This document shows positions 22,326-34,439 of a DNA stretch of 38,058 bases, piece after piece. Under the pieces are notes generated by a model that was not told the origin of the DNA, searched no databases, and saw nothing but the letters and a program-made list of their open reading frames with translations. The position numbers were made by a program, and so were the translations under genes. Numbering within the stretch: the first letter of the stretch is position 1; every line of letters begins with the position of its first letter. Source of the stretch: Halocafeteria seosinensis (lineage: Eukaryota); the NCBI GenBank assembly GCA_001687465.1, contig LVLI01000220.1:1-38058 (forward strand). The letters are read 5' to 3'.

Positions 22326-25300
22326 TCAATATTCGTGTAAACCGTCTGAGTTCGCATATACATGCAGATAATTGTTTGTCCCGCATTGTAACAGTGGCAA
22401 TTTCATTCTTCGTCTTCGTCGAAACACTTGCGAAGAGTCCACCGATGCCGTTTCCGTACTCTGGGTGGAACTATGTGTAGGGGATCTTGTCGTGGTATGG
22501 GTATTGGAGGTAAAGGAAGTGCCACCTCTAGAAGTCGTGGAAGTTTGTGTCGGCGTCATCGCTTTGGTGTGCGTGTTGCTTGGAGTAGAAGGTGCCGTTG
22601 ACGTAGGGGTGATAGTTCCCGTGGCCGTCTGAGTCGGAGTCTCAGAGGGGGCTCGTGTCGATGTCGCAATGCATGTTGGTGATCCCGTCGGGGTCCGGGT
22701 GTGGGAAGAAGAGGAACTGGAGCTGGTAGAGGGAGTGCGTATACCCGATGGAGTAACAGTCTGCGTGTGTGTGATACTCGACGTGGACGATGGTTTCGAT
22801 GTTGAGGTAAAACTCTCGGTTGGGGTCTGCGTGGAACTTCGAGTTGGCAATAAGGAAGTCGTGCTAGTTTCTGTTTTGGGAGGACTTCCGGACATGGACT
22901 GGGAATGTGAGGAAGATGGACTGCCACTATGAGATGCAGTGCCAGTGCTTGTTGGAGTAGCCGTCTTGACTTGCGTGTTGCTTACAGACGAGGATGCCGT
23001 TGACGTAGGGGTGAAAGTTTCAGTAGCCGTCTGAGTGGGACTCTCTGTTGGGCCCATAGACACTGTGCCAGTTAAAGTACCTGTTTTGGTCGGTGTTCGT
23101 GTCCGAGTCAGACTAGATGTGGGCGACATGGTCATAGTCTGGGTATGAGAAGTAGAGGGAGTGCCACTGCGAGAAGGCGTGAGAGTACTTGTTGATGGTC
23201 TTGTTGGAGTAGCCGTTTTGGTTCGCGTGTTACTTGGAGTAGTAGAAGGTGTCGAAGTAGAAGTGGTGGTTTCGGAAGTCGTCTGGGTGGCACTGTGAGT
23301 TACTGTCACGGATGCCGTGCCTGTTTTTGTGATTGTTTCCGTAGGCGTTTGCGTCGGTGTCGCGGTAGGTGTAGCCGATGGGGCGACAGTTTGGGTATGT
23401 GAAGCGGAGGGACTAAAGGTGCACGTCGGGGTAGCAGTCGATGAGGGGGGCGGAGAAGCCAGTTGGAATCGTAGAATAGGCACTCTATCACGGAGAGTCC
23501 AGACTTCGTCAGACCATCTCTGTATTCCACCGTACCGATACAGCCTTCCATCTATATCATCCAAATCCGCCGAGTTCCCTATGGAAGTAGGTGAGAGGTT
23601 GCCATCCATATCCATCCCAACTATTGACCCCTCACTATGTACAGAGTACGCTACTTTGATGATACCACTCGCACCGGTTTGAATATGCCCAATAATGGCA
23701 CCAGCATCTGCATGTTTAACTTCACCGGATGCATAACAGTTTGTAACATACACGTCGCCTGTACAATAAGAACATTGACCCCCTGCCAATGCCCCTGTGA
23801 TACCACCTGCAAATTGTTGGTTGATATCTCCATGTGTATAACAGTCTACAACACGAACTTCGCCTTCGTCCTCTGCTGCATTACTTCCACAAATTCCACC
23901 ACTAAACTCTCCAGATACTTGCCCAGTGCCATAGCATTCCTGAACGCTCACGAAGCCTTTCGCTTTCCCGGCGAAAGCACCTACGATACCACCTGCCCCT
24001 ACAGCAATGGTGCCAATTTCCCCCGTCGAATAGGATTGGAAGATATATACTCGGCCGTCCTCGTAACCGGGGGTATCTCCACAAATGCCACCGGAGTCAC
24101 CGGCTTCCACGTTTCCGGTAGAATAGCAATTCGTGATATTAACGATACCATGGTTTCTCCCCGCCCAATTTCCCGCGATACCTCCTGCACCAGCACCAAT
24201 TACTCTCCCTGTCGTGTATGAGTTAGAAATCACGATTTGACCGTGGTCGTGCCCGCTTTCGGAGCCGCAGATACCACCTCCTATAATGGTGATGTCTCCG
24301 GATGAGCTACAATCATATACCTGAAAAAACTTCTGCTGCATTTGGATAACAAATCCACCCCGTTCTGAAATGGATCCATGTTCAATGCGAAGATTCCGGA
24401 TTATAGGCGCTTGATCAAAAGATGAAACATTTTTCAGTACCTTGAACAATCCGTCGAAATTGATGACATCTTTCAGATCGACATACTTTCCCTGATCACG
24501 ACAACCATCAAAGGTTTCATTTGCATCCAACGATATGTAGTCACCTTCTGTGTAATAGTCATTCCATACCAGCACGCTGCAACTCAACTCTAGCAATCTT
24601 TCGTCCGAAATGTAATTAAAACATGGCTCCGTTCCCGTGATGACGTCTGGTCTCAAGTCTCTTGCGAATGTCCCCAGAGCTGACAAGTGGCATAACGACA
24701 ACGTCAGCGCCATCACGCTTCTGATGAAGATTGAGGGAGGTGTCGACGTTATAGGCCGCGGGAGTCGTGTAAAAAGCATCCGCTTTCTCGTTACAGTAGG
24801 TAATGCCCAGTAACGGATGAGAGATGCCGCTAGGTTGAGGCTTTTAGTTAGCAATACTCCTCCGGATTTTCTGTTGCATTTCAAAGAAGGATACACAAGT
24901 AGCGGTATACCGAGCACAAGTGAAGCCAGACAGAGACTTTGAAGTGTCCGGCGACTCATAGATGAATCCTTCACGTTATGTATTCCAGTGAAATGCCAGA
25001 GGTTTGCACCAAGGACTCTATCCATGGCTGCTAAGACGCATATATGTACCAGATCATATGCCGCAAGACAGAGGGGATGAAGCATTTTTGAAACTTCGCT
25101 AGACTCACATCCACACACAGGTTTGCCCAAAGAGAGTATTGCTGCCACTGGACAAAACATAGAGCGATACTCGGGGAGCCGTTTCTTCACGGTGGCCAAG
25201 TAAAGCAAAAACCGGGGAGGCTGCTGGCTAGCCACTCTTCCTAGATACTCTGTATGAAACATTCGTTGCTGCACGAAGTACATCAGTTGGTGACAGACTT

Positions 25301-25661
25301 TCGAGGGTAAACCAAAGAATCCCTCATAGCGTTTCATCGCGTGACACTGTCGGAGAGGTTCCAATACTGCTTCGGCAATGGTTTTGGTCGCTGGGGCGGT
25401 AATCGTGTTGCTTAACTTCCGAGACGATGAAAACCATACTGCGCCGCGGCCGGTGTAACAGCACCTGTTCATTGACTGCCGTTGTCGGAAATGCTCTAAT
25501 TCTCCTTGATTGAGTCTTTTGCTCGTTGGGCACACCGGGAACTGTCGATTGCTACCCGAGGTACTGTTGAGTGAAACCTCATTGACATTGAAAACCAAAG
25601 GGCACCGTTGGTGTAGCTGCATCGCCCGGACTACCAGAGGTACTGTTGCGTGAAACCTCAT
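22326..25661 (-). CDS. Secreted-type protein with about 7 GLUG-like (beta-solenoid) repeats and a Ser/Thr/Pro mucin-like tail; maximal ORF given, functional start may be the ATG at 24713
   Basis: Uninterrupted ORF of more than 1100 codons. ~30-aa repeats of the form xCYxTGxV...GGIxG at ~23690-24320; S/T/P tail at ~22430-23460; signal-peptide-like MALTLSLCHLSALGTFA at 24713. Confidence 0.8.
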   Translation of the reverse strand: MRFHATVPLVVRAMQLHQRCPLVFNVNEVSLNSTSGSNRQFPVCPTSKRLNQGELEHFRQRQSMNRCCYTGRGAVWFSSSRKLSNTITAPATKTIAEAVLEPLRQCHAMKRYEGFFGLPSKVCHQLMYFVQQRMFHTEYLGRVASQQPPRFLLYLATVKKRLPEYRSMFCPVAAILSLGKPVCGCESSEVSKMLHPLCLAAYDLVHICVLAAMDRVLGANLWHFTGIHNVKDSSMSRRTLQSLCLASLVLGIPLLVYPSLKCNRKSGGVLLTKSLNLAASLIRYWALPTVTRKRMLFTRLPRPITSTPPSIFIRSVMALTLSLCHLSALGTFARDLRPDVITGTEPCFNYISDERLLELSCSVLVWNDYYTEGDYISLDANETFDGCRDQGKYVDLKDVINFDGLFKVLKNVSSFDQAPIIRNLRIEHGSISERGGFVIQMQQKFFQVYDCSSSGDITIIGGGICGSESGHDHGQIVISNSYTTGRVIGAGAGGIAGNWAGRNHGIVNITNCYSTGNVEAGDSGGICGDTPGYEDGRVYIFQSYSTGEIGTIAVGAGGIVGAFAGKAKGFVSVQECYGTGQVSGEFSGGICGSNAAEDEGEVRVVDCYTHGDINQQFAGGITGALAGGQCSYCTGDVYVTNCYASGEVKHADAGAIIGHIQTGASGIIKVAYSVHSEGSIVGMDMDGNLSPTSIGNSADLDDIDGRLYRYGGIQRWSDEVWTLRDRVPILRFQLASPPPSSTATPTCTFSPSASHTQTVAPSATPTATPTQTPTETITKTGTASVTVTHSATQTTSETTTSTSTPSTTPSNTRTKTATPTRPSTSTLTPSRSGTPSTSHTQTMTMSPTSSLTRTRTPTKTGTLTGTVSMGPTESPTQTATETFTPTSTASSSVSNTQVKTATPTSTGTASHSGSPSSSHSQSMSGSPPKTETSTTSLLPTRSSTQTPTESFTSTSKPSSTSSITHTQTVTPSGIRTPSTSSSSSSSHTRTPTGSPTCIATSTRAPSETPTQTATGTITPTSTAPSTPSNTHTKAMTPTQTSTTSRGGTSFTSNTHTTTRSPTHSSTQSTETASVDSSQVFRRRRRMKLPLLQCGTNNYLHVYANSDGLHEY

Positions 25662-25710
25662 TGACACCGAAAACCAAAGGGCACCGTTGGCGTAGCTGCA
25701 TCACCTGGAC
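25552..25710. repeat. Imperfect tandem duplication, 2 x 79 bp
   Basis: ctaccNgaggtactgttgNgtgaaacctcattgaca...gaaaaccaaagggcaccgttggNgtagctgcatc occurs twice; gtactgttg starts at 25561 and 25640. Confidence 0.95.
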
Positions 25711-26330
25711 AAGTTATCAAGAACAATGCGATGGGATGCCGCTCAAACTTACCGCCGATTATCCAGTCCAAAAATATGTCTGCCCCATATGAAATCATTA
25801 TGAGAGGGAGCAATGTCCGTATGCTCCGTTGAAGAGTGCAAAGGAATGTTATTCACCATTGGGAGCAGTCCAACTAAGAGAATGGTGAACATGGTTGTAC
25901 GGACAGAGACAATAGTCTGGTCCACATGCCCTGCGGAAGCTGAGAAAGCCACAATGCGTCTGGTGTAGACTCTGAGTCGGTAAAAGGATTGCGTTCAACC
26001 CCAGAAAAAAGAAGAAAACAAAAACCTTCTGAGCAGCATGGAGCATGAGCAACGACCACACACGCAGCGGACAGTTTAGAATACACGCTACTGCATGCAC
26101 ATCGATCCTACGTTCACAATGTTGTCAAATTGAACATGAATTATACTCATGCTTGCATTCCAACACACCAAACGTATTAGTGTGAGGCAGGAATGAGACT
26201 TGCTTTCCAGCTTTCCGCGCACTCACCAATGTACAGTACCTCACAGTGGCGGTGAAATGTTCGTACGGAGCAAACTTCCAAGCAACGCATGGAATTCGGT
26301 CACCAAGCTCGTGTCGCTGATTTTTACTCT

Positions 26331-26333
<3 letters not shown>

Positions 26334-26361
<28 letters not shown>
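26334..26361. repeat. (AT)14 microsatellite
   Basis: Perfect AT run in the intergenic region between divergent genes. Confidence 0.95.
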
Positions 26362-26613
26362 GGGTTCACCACACTGTCCCACGTAAGACTGGTTGTTTCA
26401 TCAGATGAGAGGTACAATATGTCAAAGAACTGGTCACGGTAGAGTCAAAGAACTTGTCCTCAAGTCGACGATATGTTTGTCGTGTTCAGTTTCTCGCTCT
26501 CTCTCCTTGTACGCCATGTGCGAGGTGTAGTGTGATTAGATAGATAGATACAGAGGGGGACATACATACGGACGTGTCGGAGGACCACTAGCCAGCCTAA
26601 ACGGACTGGAATC

Positions 26614-28262
26614 ATGGATACTCGCAGCGTCTTGGACAGGGACCACCAGTCTTCAACCCATACACATCATCATCATTCTCATGCTGATAATGACAATGAT
26701 GGCGAGCACACTCATTCAAGCAACACTCATAGTGAATCTGCTACTGGTGGTGGTAGTGGACAAGGTGGTCATGCTCAGAATTTGAGTGAAGAAGCGGCGC
26801 CTTTCTTCCATCAGCAGCAGCAGCATGGGCAGGATTCTCATGGTCAAGGGGATCGTAACAGGACATCGAGTCTGGTCGAGTTTGCCAAAGAAATTGGCGT
26901 TCTGACATGGGGCGGGATACTGTTTATGTTTCTGATTAGCATGAGGATTGTAATTATTAATGCCGTCAACATTGGACCATTACTACTCGTATGGGTCGTG
27001 CCGGTAAGTGTGCAATGTCCAGTATTATACATGTAAAGATGAAGACAAGATATTTGAGCTTCTGTATGGATGTTTGGCAGATGCTGATACTGGGAGTAGT
27101 CTACCGTCGATGGTTGCGTCCCAAGATCTCCATCCACGCAAATGTCCTACGCGCTGTCGACATTCAGATGGTTCGGATGTTTTTCGGAGGAGCTATTCCG
27201 GGAACCATGCTCGCTATGGTGGCAGAATCAGTCATTACAATCTTTCTTGTGATCCTGTTCTTCTATGAAAAGATAGAGGAAGTTTTAGAACAACTGAATG
27301 AAAATGGTGAAGGAGATGACAAGAACGGCAACGGCTCGAAGAAGAAGAACAACAACGAAATAGAAGTCAGTTTGGCAGTTATTGTTTTCTTGTTACTGAC
27401 GGCCTATGTCGTTGCGGGTTTAACAGAAGAAGCAGTGAAGCTCCTTGTACTTCGGTACAGATGCTCCCGTTCACGCGGTGTGCGCCCCGTGGATTTCGCC
27501 GCCGGTGCGTCTACTAGTGTGGCGGGACATACCTCAGCTGACGCGACAGCTCCTCCACAAAACTCGGGAGCTCAAGCACCACTAATACCAGAGTCGATGA
27601 ACTTCTATACCACACCACTACAGGAGCAGCCAGGTGGGGTATGTACGCAACCCAAGCCATACCATCCATACGCAACAGTTGCTTTGTTGATGGCTGTCGG
27701 TGCCGGATTTTCTACGATGGAGAACCTGTTTTATGTTTTTCCAATTGATACAAATGGAGGGCCCAACGCAACCGGCAAAACCCGTCCTCATGTTCCGGGC
27801 TTCTCGGACAAGATGTTCAACTCCGTTGGAAGGGTATTTATCTCACTTCCAATCCATATAATTTGTGCAACACTTACAGCAATACGACTTGGCGAGCGAG
27901 ACCGACAAAAGGCAGAATTGGAACAGCAACCTGAACGAGCAAATCCGCTGAAGGCTCTGTCATATCTTGTTGCGCTGTTACCAGCCGTCTTATTCCACGG
28001 CACCTTCGATGCAGTCCTAATGATACTGGCTGCTCTGCAGTACAATAATCTTGCTGTGATGATAGCGTTTACCATCTTCATGGTCGCCAGTGGTCTTTGT
28101 CTGGTGTATGCCTATTGGAGAAGGTCTAAAGCGCTGTACAATGCGAATGTAGACTGCCTTTTGTATCACAGCCGGGACACTCCGGAGGCAACCAGTGGGT
28201 CCGCGCATCATGGTATGAGCTCATCATCCCAAACGGAGATTGAAATGCGAACATACCCCTGA
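26614..28262 (+). CDS. PrsW-family intramembrane protease, intron 27004-27080
   Basis: All four family motifs in order: AGLTEEAVK, GAGFSTMENLFY, PIHIICA, LFHGTFD. Multiple TM helices; His-rich N-terminus. The intron gtaagt...ggcag is phase 0. Confidence 0.9.
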
Positions 28263-29952
28263 AAAATAAGAACGAAGAACTCGTTTTGCAAGGTCTGGAT
28301 ACACAGTTTGATTGTCATCTCTTGCTTTGCTTCTCTGTGTCTTCTAAAGCAACAAGGAGGTGGTCAATGCTGCATAGTCGCATGTTCTCGCGGACACACA
28401 CAACTGTCTTTTTTGCTGCGTTTGTGTGTCACCATATACCAGAGTGAGTGCAGAGACGTGCAGTTCCGAGCCAGCAGCCTGCACTCTCGTCTCTACTCGG
28501 CACGTGTATCTGTCCAAACCAGCTATTCCACTTGTTGAGATGCTTCAGCACTATCACCCATGAATACACACTCAACATCGTCCCTACAAACAGTAGCTTG
28601 GCGTGTCTTACGGGTATTACAGTACCTGTCGTGTAGTTCGTGCGGGCTCTGTACTCGCTGTACCACCATGGTACCCTCCGTGAGTCAACGTGCAAATTCC
28701 ATTCCAAACGAAGGAACAGGTGTGGCTGAGCTATTCCTCCTCTGCATCATGCATCGGATGCACGGCGAATACACCGCCGATGGTTTCTGCATTATTGTGG
28801 GCGTCCAAACTCCGCCAAGACCGCCGCTATCCGCAGAGCCGGTGGGACATCACCGATGCCCCAACGGGGGGCGGAGTTCGGATAGCTCCGGTCCGAACCT
28901 CCGGACCGTGGTGGGACAAAGCCCGTCCGACAGGCCCGGCCCTACAAGTCTCGAGGAATGTTTTCGGGTCGTTTATTCGAGCCACCGCGACAAATGTTCC
29001 CAAGACAAGGTTGGCATCCACTGTGTTTGTGTGCTGGTATTGCTCCCTTGAAATCTAGTGCGTGAGGTGCAGAGAACAAGTCCGAAAAGGGGGCGTAATT
29101 TTCTACCTCGACAAAACAAAGCGCTTTTCTACTGCATTACAGTCCTTCGGACTGCTTTTTTCTTACCAAGGTAAGGGTTGCTACTCTTTCTCACCATCTG
29201 GGATCCAAGATCGAGTGAAAGATGCCCCGATGGATATGCAATGACAGTTCCCCCTTTCCAAGTGCCGGAACTTCAACTATGTGTTGTCGGCTCCATTACT
29301 CTTTTTGTTGTTTTATTGAAGGGAGCGTTATAGGGAAGGGAGGAACCCCTCGGAGCTGAGTTCACAACCCCGCTGAATGGCAGCTGAGCTCCCTCGAGCT
29401 CGCATGCTTTATACAAGGCCATCCAACGACAGCATTCAGGTGTATCACCTGCGGGGGACCGTGGTCCTTTGGATGAGACGGCCGGATGCCCCGAACGAGC
29501 TCATTGTTCTGCGATTGCAGCCTTGTAGTCAGCGCATCCGAGTTGCGATTCCAACGAATATCCCCTCTAAGAGCTAGGTTTCTCACCCGTATTCAGTGCA
29601 TCTGGTGGTCGAAGATAGTATGGTAGAGGGCGGTTGTATGCGGCTTGGGGGAAAGAACGAAAGGGACGAGGAAGCGAAGGGTCCTTCGGAAGCGCCGTAA
29701 CGGTCGTGTCTTCAGCCAGGAAAAACGAGGAAGAAGTTAGTTCCATTGGTGTCAGGAAGGGTGTTCTGCTGTGACTATTACCACCACCATCACCAGCAGT
29801 TGCCGTAGTTGTTGGGCGTACGCCATAGTGTAGACTGCCGTTTTGTGTCGGAGTCATTGGGGTGAATTACTACTGTTTGTGGCCGCAGAGATTCATTCGT
29901 CCATGCACATTTTTTCCAACGATCTTAACAGTGTGTTGCATGATCCAAGGTG

Positions 29953-32900
29953 ATGCATAAATCAGGAAGTAATAGCCGGAGAGGCTCTGGGCGGAAGGAT
30001 TCTGGCGCTAGACCCAGTTCTGATTCTGGTGGAACCAGCGAAAGATCGGGTGATGTATCGTTGCCTCCGATTCAGGGCGGGGGACAAACAACCCCCGGAG
30101 CTACGGCGCAAGGCTCAGGTAGACGATCAGGTGGTATTGTCAGTCCTCATACGGACAGGTCCAACTCTTCTGCAAGACAAAAGCAGGGAAATGGCCAGAC
30201 GAAAACGGGAGATGAGCCACAAACCTCTTCACTGAACGGTGGCAAGGGTGAACAACAGCTTCTAGAATCATTCAAGCCTATTTTGGGTGAGCTCTTTTCA
30301 ATTACTCGGTCTCAACAGATCCCCTACAAAAAACCGCGGCGGAACTCTGCGATGGGATACGCTTGGGGTCCCGACAGTAAAATGACATCCGAGGCTGAGG
30401 CTGTCCGGTCCTCACAAGCAAAAGAGTCTCCTCCTTCCCTTGGCGGATCACAGCGACACACCCCGAAGGAAAGGCCTACCTCTGCGCCATTCGCCGGAGA
30501 GAGCGGTCGGGACAGTGGCTCGTCTGAGTCATACAGCAATGAGCAAGTCTTTGGTTGGTTGAAGGAAGGCGATGGCATCGATAAACTAGTAAACCAAGTC
30601 AGCAATACTGTCAAAGAGTTGCAGTATTACAAAACGCTAGTAAAGAGTTTGCCCAAGTTGCTTCAGAATATATCGGGCAATGCCTCGCCAAACGACGATA
30701 ACAGTTCCGTAGAAAGTTTGCTGACAATGCTCACTGATACCGCCTCAGAGCTGTTGGATTCCAATGATGTGAAGCAAGTGACGGAACTTTTCGGCTTCAA
30801 TGGGAATAGTAAGGAAGTTATTTCAATGAACAGCAAAGAGAACTCTGAGAACATCATGGCTTATCTATCGCTCGATAGTGGGGCTACTGAAAACGAGGCT
30901 GTAGGGCACAAGGCCCCGCCGGTGGAGGACTCATCCAAAACGGCGGAGGCTCAGAAGAACCCCCAAATCGCTGATGAGAGCCAGGGGACGACCACAGGAG
31001 CCGCAACGGGATCTCCAGATACTGGCACACACGTGGCTGCAGCCTCGAGTGAAAGCCCCACAACAAGTACCGAGCAATCCAGTGGTACCACAACCACAGT
31101 GACGACTTCAGCGAGTCAATCTGCGGCCGTGCAGTTGTTCGAAGACACTACCGAGAAAACAGTCGAAAGCGCCGGAATAAAGGAAATTCGTGATGACGAA
31201 CTATGGCAGAAGTCAATCCACCCGAAAGTCTACGGTGATATGACTCACTGGAACTTTCCCAAGGAGTTGCACCCAGTAGGCAGTTTTGCGCTGTGCTTGG
31301 CAATGGCCGCAAACAGTCCTCGGGTCGTACAGGACGTAGTTTCACAGCAACAGGAGATGGCTTCTAAGGAGTTACCACCGCTTTTCTCCGCGTCAGATTC
31401 GGGGGAACGCTGGGAGCGAAGCATTGCATCCTTTCCTTTGTGCTGGTCCGATAGTGGTTTGACCAACCTGGCGCTCACGTGTGCAACAAGCAAACCAGGC
31501 TTCTTCGAAAGCGTCCATGTTGATACGTTGCAGACACTTGCCTCGATCGGTGCTATGGCCTTGAAGAGCTCACAGATGTTTAAAGCGGGACAAAACGCGA
31601 AGCGGCAAGCCGACTTGCTGCTGCAAATGGTTCAGAGTGTTATCAAGGGAGATAACGTTCGTGACATCATCGGCCGCATAATTGATGTCGCTTATGAGCT
31701 GCTTCAAACGGCTCGAGTCAGCGTTTTCCTAGTTGATTGGGAAGCAGAAGAGTTGGTGCTGTCAGTCTCCCAAGATGCTGCCGGATTGCGAATTCCTATC
31801 GATAAGGGTATTGCGGGTACTGTTGCCAGCACAGGTCAGGTACTCAATATACCTGACGCATACGAAGATCCGCGATTTGACCGTGGGTTTGACCAGAAAA
31901 CTGGTTTCCGTACGAAATCTATATTGGCTATGCCCGTGCGCTCGCAAGATGGGAAAAGCGTCGTTGCGGTTGTCCAAGCCATTAACAAACTGAGCGGGGA
32001 GTGCTTTACTAATGCTGATATCCGGATGATGGCAGCCGTAACTGACACAGCTGGAGTTACGCTTCACAAAGCTCGACTTCTGCAAGAAGCCAACGTTGCA
32101 AGAAAACAGAATGAAGCTCTGGTGGACGTTGTTAAGATCGTCAGAAACCCGTCTGCTGGTGATAATTTGGAAGTAATCCTCGACCGATTGACCGAGGTAG
32201 CGTACTCTTTGATAGACGCTGATTTAATCGTCCTATTTGTCCTAGACGAACTACGCAAAGAACTGCGTGGGAAAAAGTATGATACCTCGAAGCTAAAAGC
32301 ACGGGCTGAGCAGGCAGCAAATCAATATGACCTTGGACAGGGACTCTCATCCGACAAAATGTCACCAAAAGCGGCCAGTGAGACGGACGACAGTGGCCTC
32401 GAGAATGCTCCTTATGAAGAACTTGTCGTCCCATTGGGCAAGGGTATCGCAGGTAAAGTGGCCGCCGCCCAAGATTCAGAGACCATTATTTCTCGAAAAG
32501 CTCGCGAACACCCATTCTACGATGAAAACTATGACCATTTGAATAATTTGGCTGACACTGGGTTACTCTGCATGCCGCTGAATCGGCCAGATGCAGGCGC
32601 TTCCCACTCTAGACCGGTAGCGGTCCTTCAAGCTGTCCACAAACGAGATGGTAGTCCTTTCAGCTCTACCGATATGAAACTATTGGAAGCTTTCGGGGCC
32701 GAAGTAGCTCACGTTATCGCCGAAAACAGCTATAGCATTGCTTACGAGCGTGCACTGCAAGGAGACGGCGACCAAGGTAGTACAGGCGCCGATGAGAGTG
32801 CCAACATACAGAGTTTCTTGACACAGTTCACGCGGAAAAACCAGGGGTACGCGAACAAAGACGAGGAACTAGCAGAAAGCTCTGATACCTCCTTGCAGAA

Positions 32901-34122
32901 AGCACCCTCGACAAGCAGCTCAGCAGCGGCTAATGACCCCTCAACTGCTCCTGAGACGCCTAAGGAGGCCATTGAACTACCAGAGGAAATGCTCAATCAC
33001 CAGCCAAGACAAGATATGGGCGAGAAGATGACATGTTGGGATTTCAACGTTTTAGAATACTCTCCTCAAGAACTTCAACTGTGCTGTGTGGACATGCTGC
33101 ACTACACTGGTCTGTTACAGAGATTCAATCTACCGATTCCCAAGCTGATGCGGTTTATCAGTAAAATCGCTAACAGATACCAAGACAACCCTTACCATAA
33201 CTGGTACCATGGTGCGTCAGTTGTACACGTCAGTTTTGTCATCTTACAGGCATCTCGTCCTGTCCAAGATGCTCTGTCTATGCTACATCGGTTAGCGCTC
33301 CTTCTCAGTGCTATCTGTCACGATGTGGACCACCCAGGGCTGAACAACGGGTATCATGTGAGTCACTTCTTTTTCGAGTAGATATTTCTTGACATTCTTA
33401 ATTGCTTTGCTGTATATGTGACATTACAGGCGAATACATTCCACCCGCTGGCACTGACATACAATGACAACTCTGTGTTGGAAAATCACCACGCCGCTAT
33501 CATGTTCCACACTTTACGAGATGAAAAGAGTCAGACTAATGCCTTAGCGACTTTGTCTCGCCCAGAGTTCAAAGAATTCCGGAGGATATCAATTAATGCC
33601 ATCCTCTCCACTGACATGGTGCATCACATGGATATGGTAAATTCGATCAAGATGCTGCCAAGTGACATTCCAACGGCTTTTGGTACCGCTGGGTCGAAAA
33701 CGAAGGCATCTGGTACACCAGAAGGAACCCACGCAAAGCAGTCACCAGAGGAGCCCACGGCAACAAAGTTAAAAATCAAATTTAGTCTTGTTGATCTTAT
33801 ATTGCACAGTGCGGACCTCTGTAACCCCGTTCTTCCCGACTTTAACGTTGTCAAGCAATGGGCGTATAAAGTCTGCAAGGAATTCGATAATCAAGCAAAG
33901 CTAGAGAAAGCAGCTGGGTTAGAACCGGCCCCCTTTATGACAAACCTTGATACTGAAGGAGCTATTGCGAAGAATCAACTCGGATTTTTGGACTATGTTT
34001 GTAAGCCTCTGTGGGAGGCGATGGCAGACTTGGTCCCTGAAATAAGCAGCGTCCGTGAAAACTTGCAAAACAACCGCACCCAATGGAAGGAGATCGTCGA
34101 TACTCAAGCAGCCTCGAATTGA
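29953..34122 (+). CDS. Class I 3',5'-cyclic nucleotide phosphodiesterase with tandem GAF domains, intron 33358-33429
   Basis: GAF motifs GIAGTVA...NIPDAYEDPRFD...TGFRTKSILAMP...AINK, plus a second GAF. Catalytic motifs NPYHNWYH, HDVDHPGLNN, LENHH, LSTDM, HSADLCNP and QLGFLDYV. Confidence 0.96.
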
Positions 34123-34140
34123 TTCTTGTTGAGGACGTGA

Positions 34141-34158
34141 AGAGAGAGAGAGAGAGAG
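34141..34158. repeat. (AG)9 microsatellite downstream of the PDE stop
   Basis: Perfect AG run. Confidence 0.85.
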
Positions 34159-34439
34159 ACGGAAAAAAGAATATCAGTATTATAGGTTTGGCTGTCGCGA
34201 GCAGAGGATGCGATGCATGTATATTGGTTATACATGTCATAGCCACAGCACCACCAGGAAATTGCTTTCGCTTCCCCGTTGAATTTCACAGGTCCTCCTG
34301 TGGTTTTCCCCCGTACCTAGACATTTTCACGCACCGAAAATACACTGCATGTACTCTAATATCTCTGGTGGTAGCGCTGTCTAGGTCGTCCCATGTACCC
34401 TTCTTCCGCACGGGTATCCAATCGATCAATTCAGCATTA

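Noticed and set aside
25552..25710. 79-bp repeat as a CRISPR-like array
   Set aside because: Only two head-to-tail units, no spacers, no cas genes, eukaryotic context.
28300..29860. Several overlapping 60-160-aa ORFs between PrsW and the PDE
   Set aside because: No domain motifs, and trial splicing of 29567..29857 ran into early stops. A gene cannot be excluded but is unsupported.
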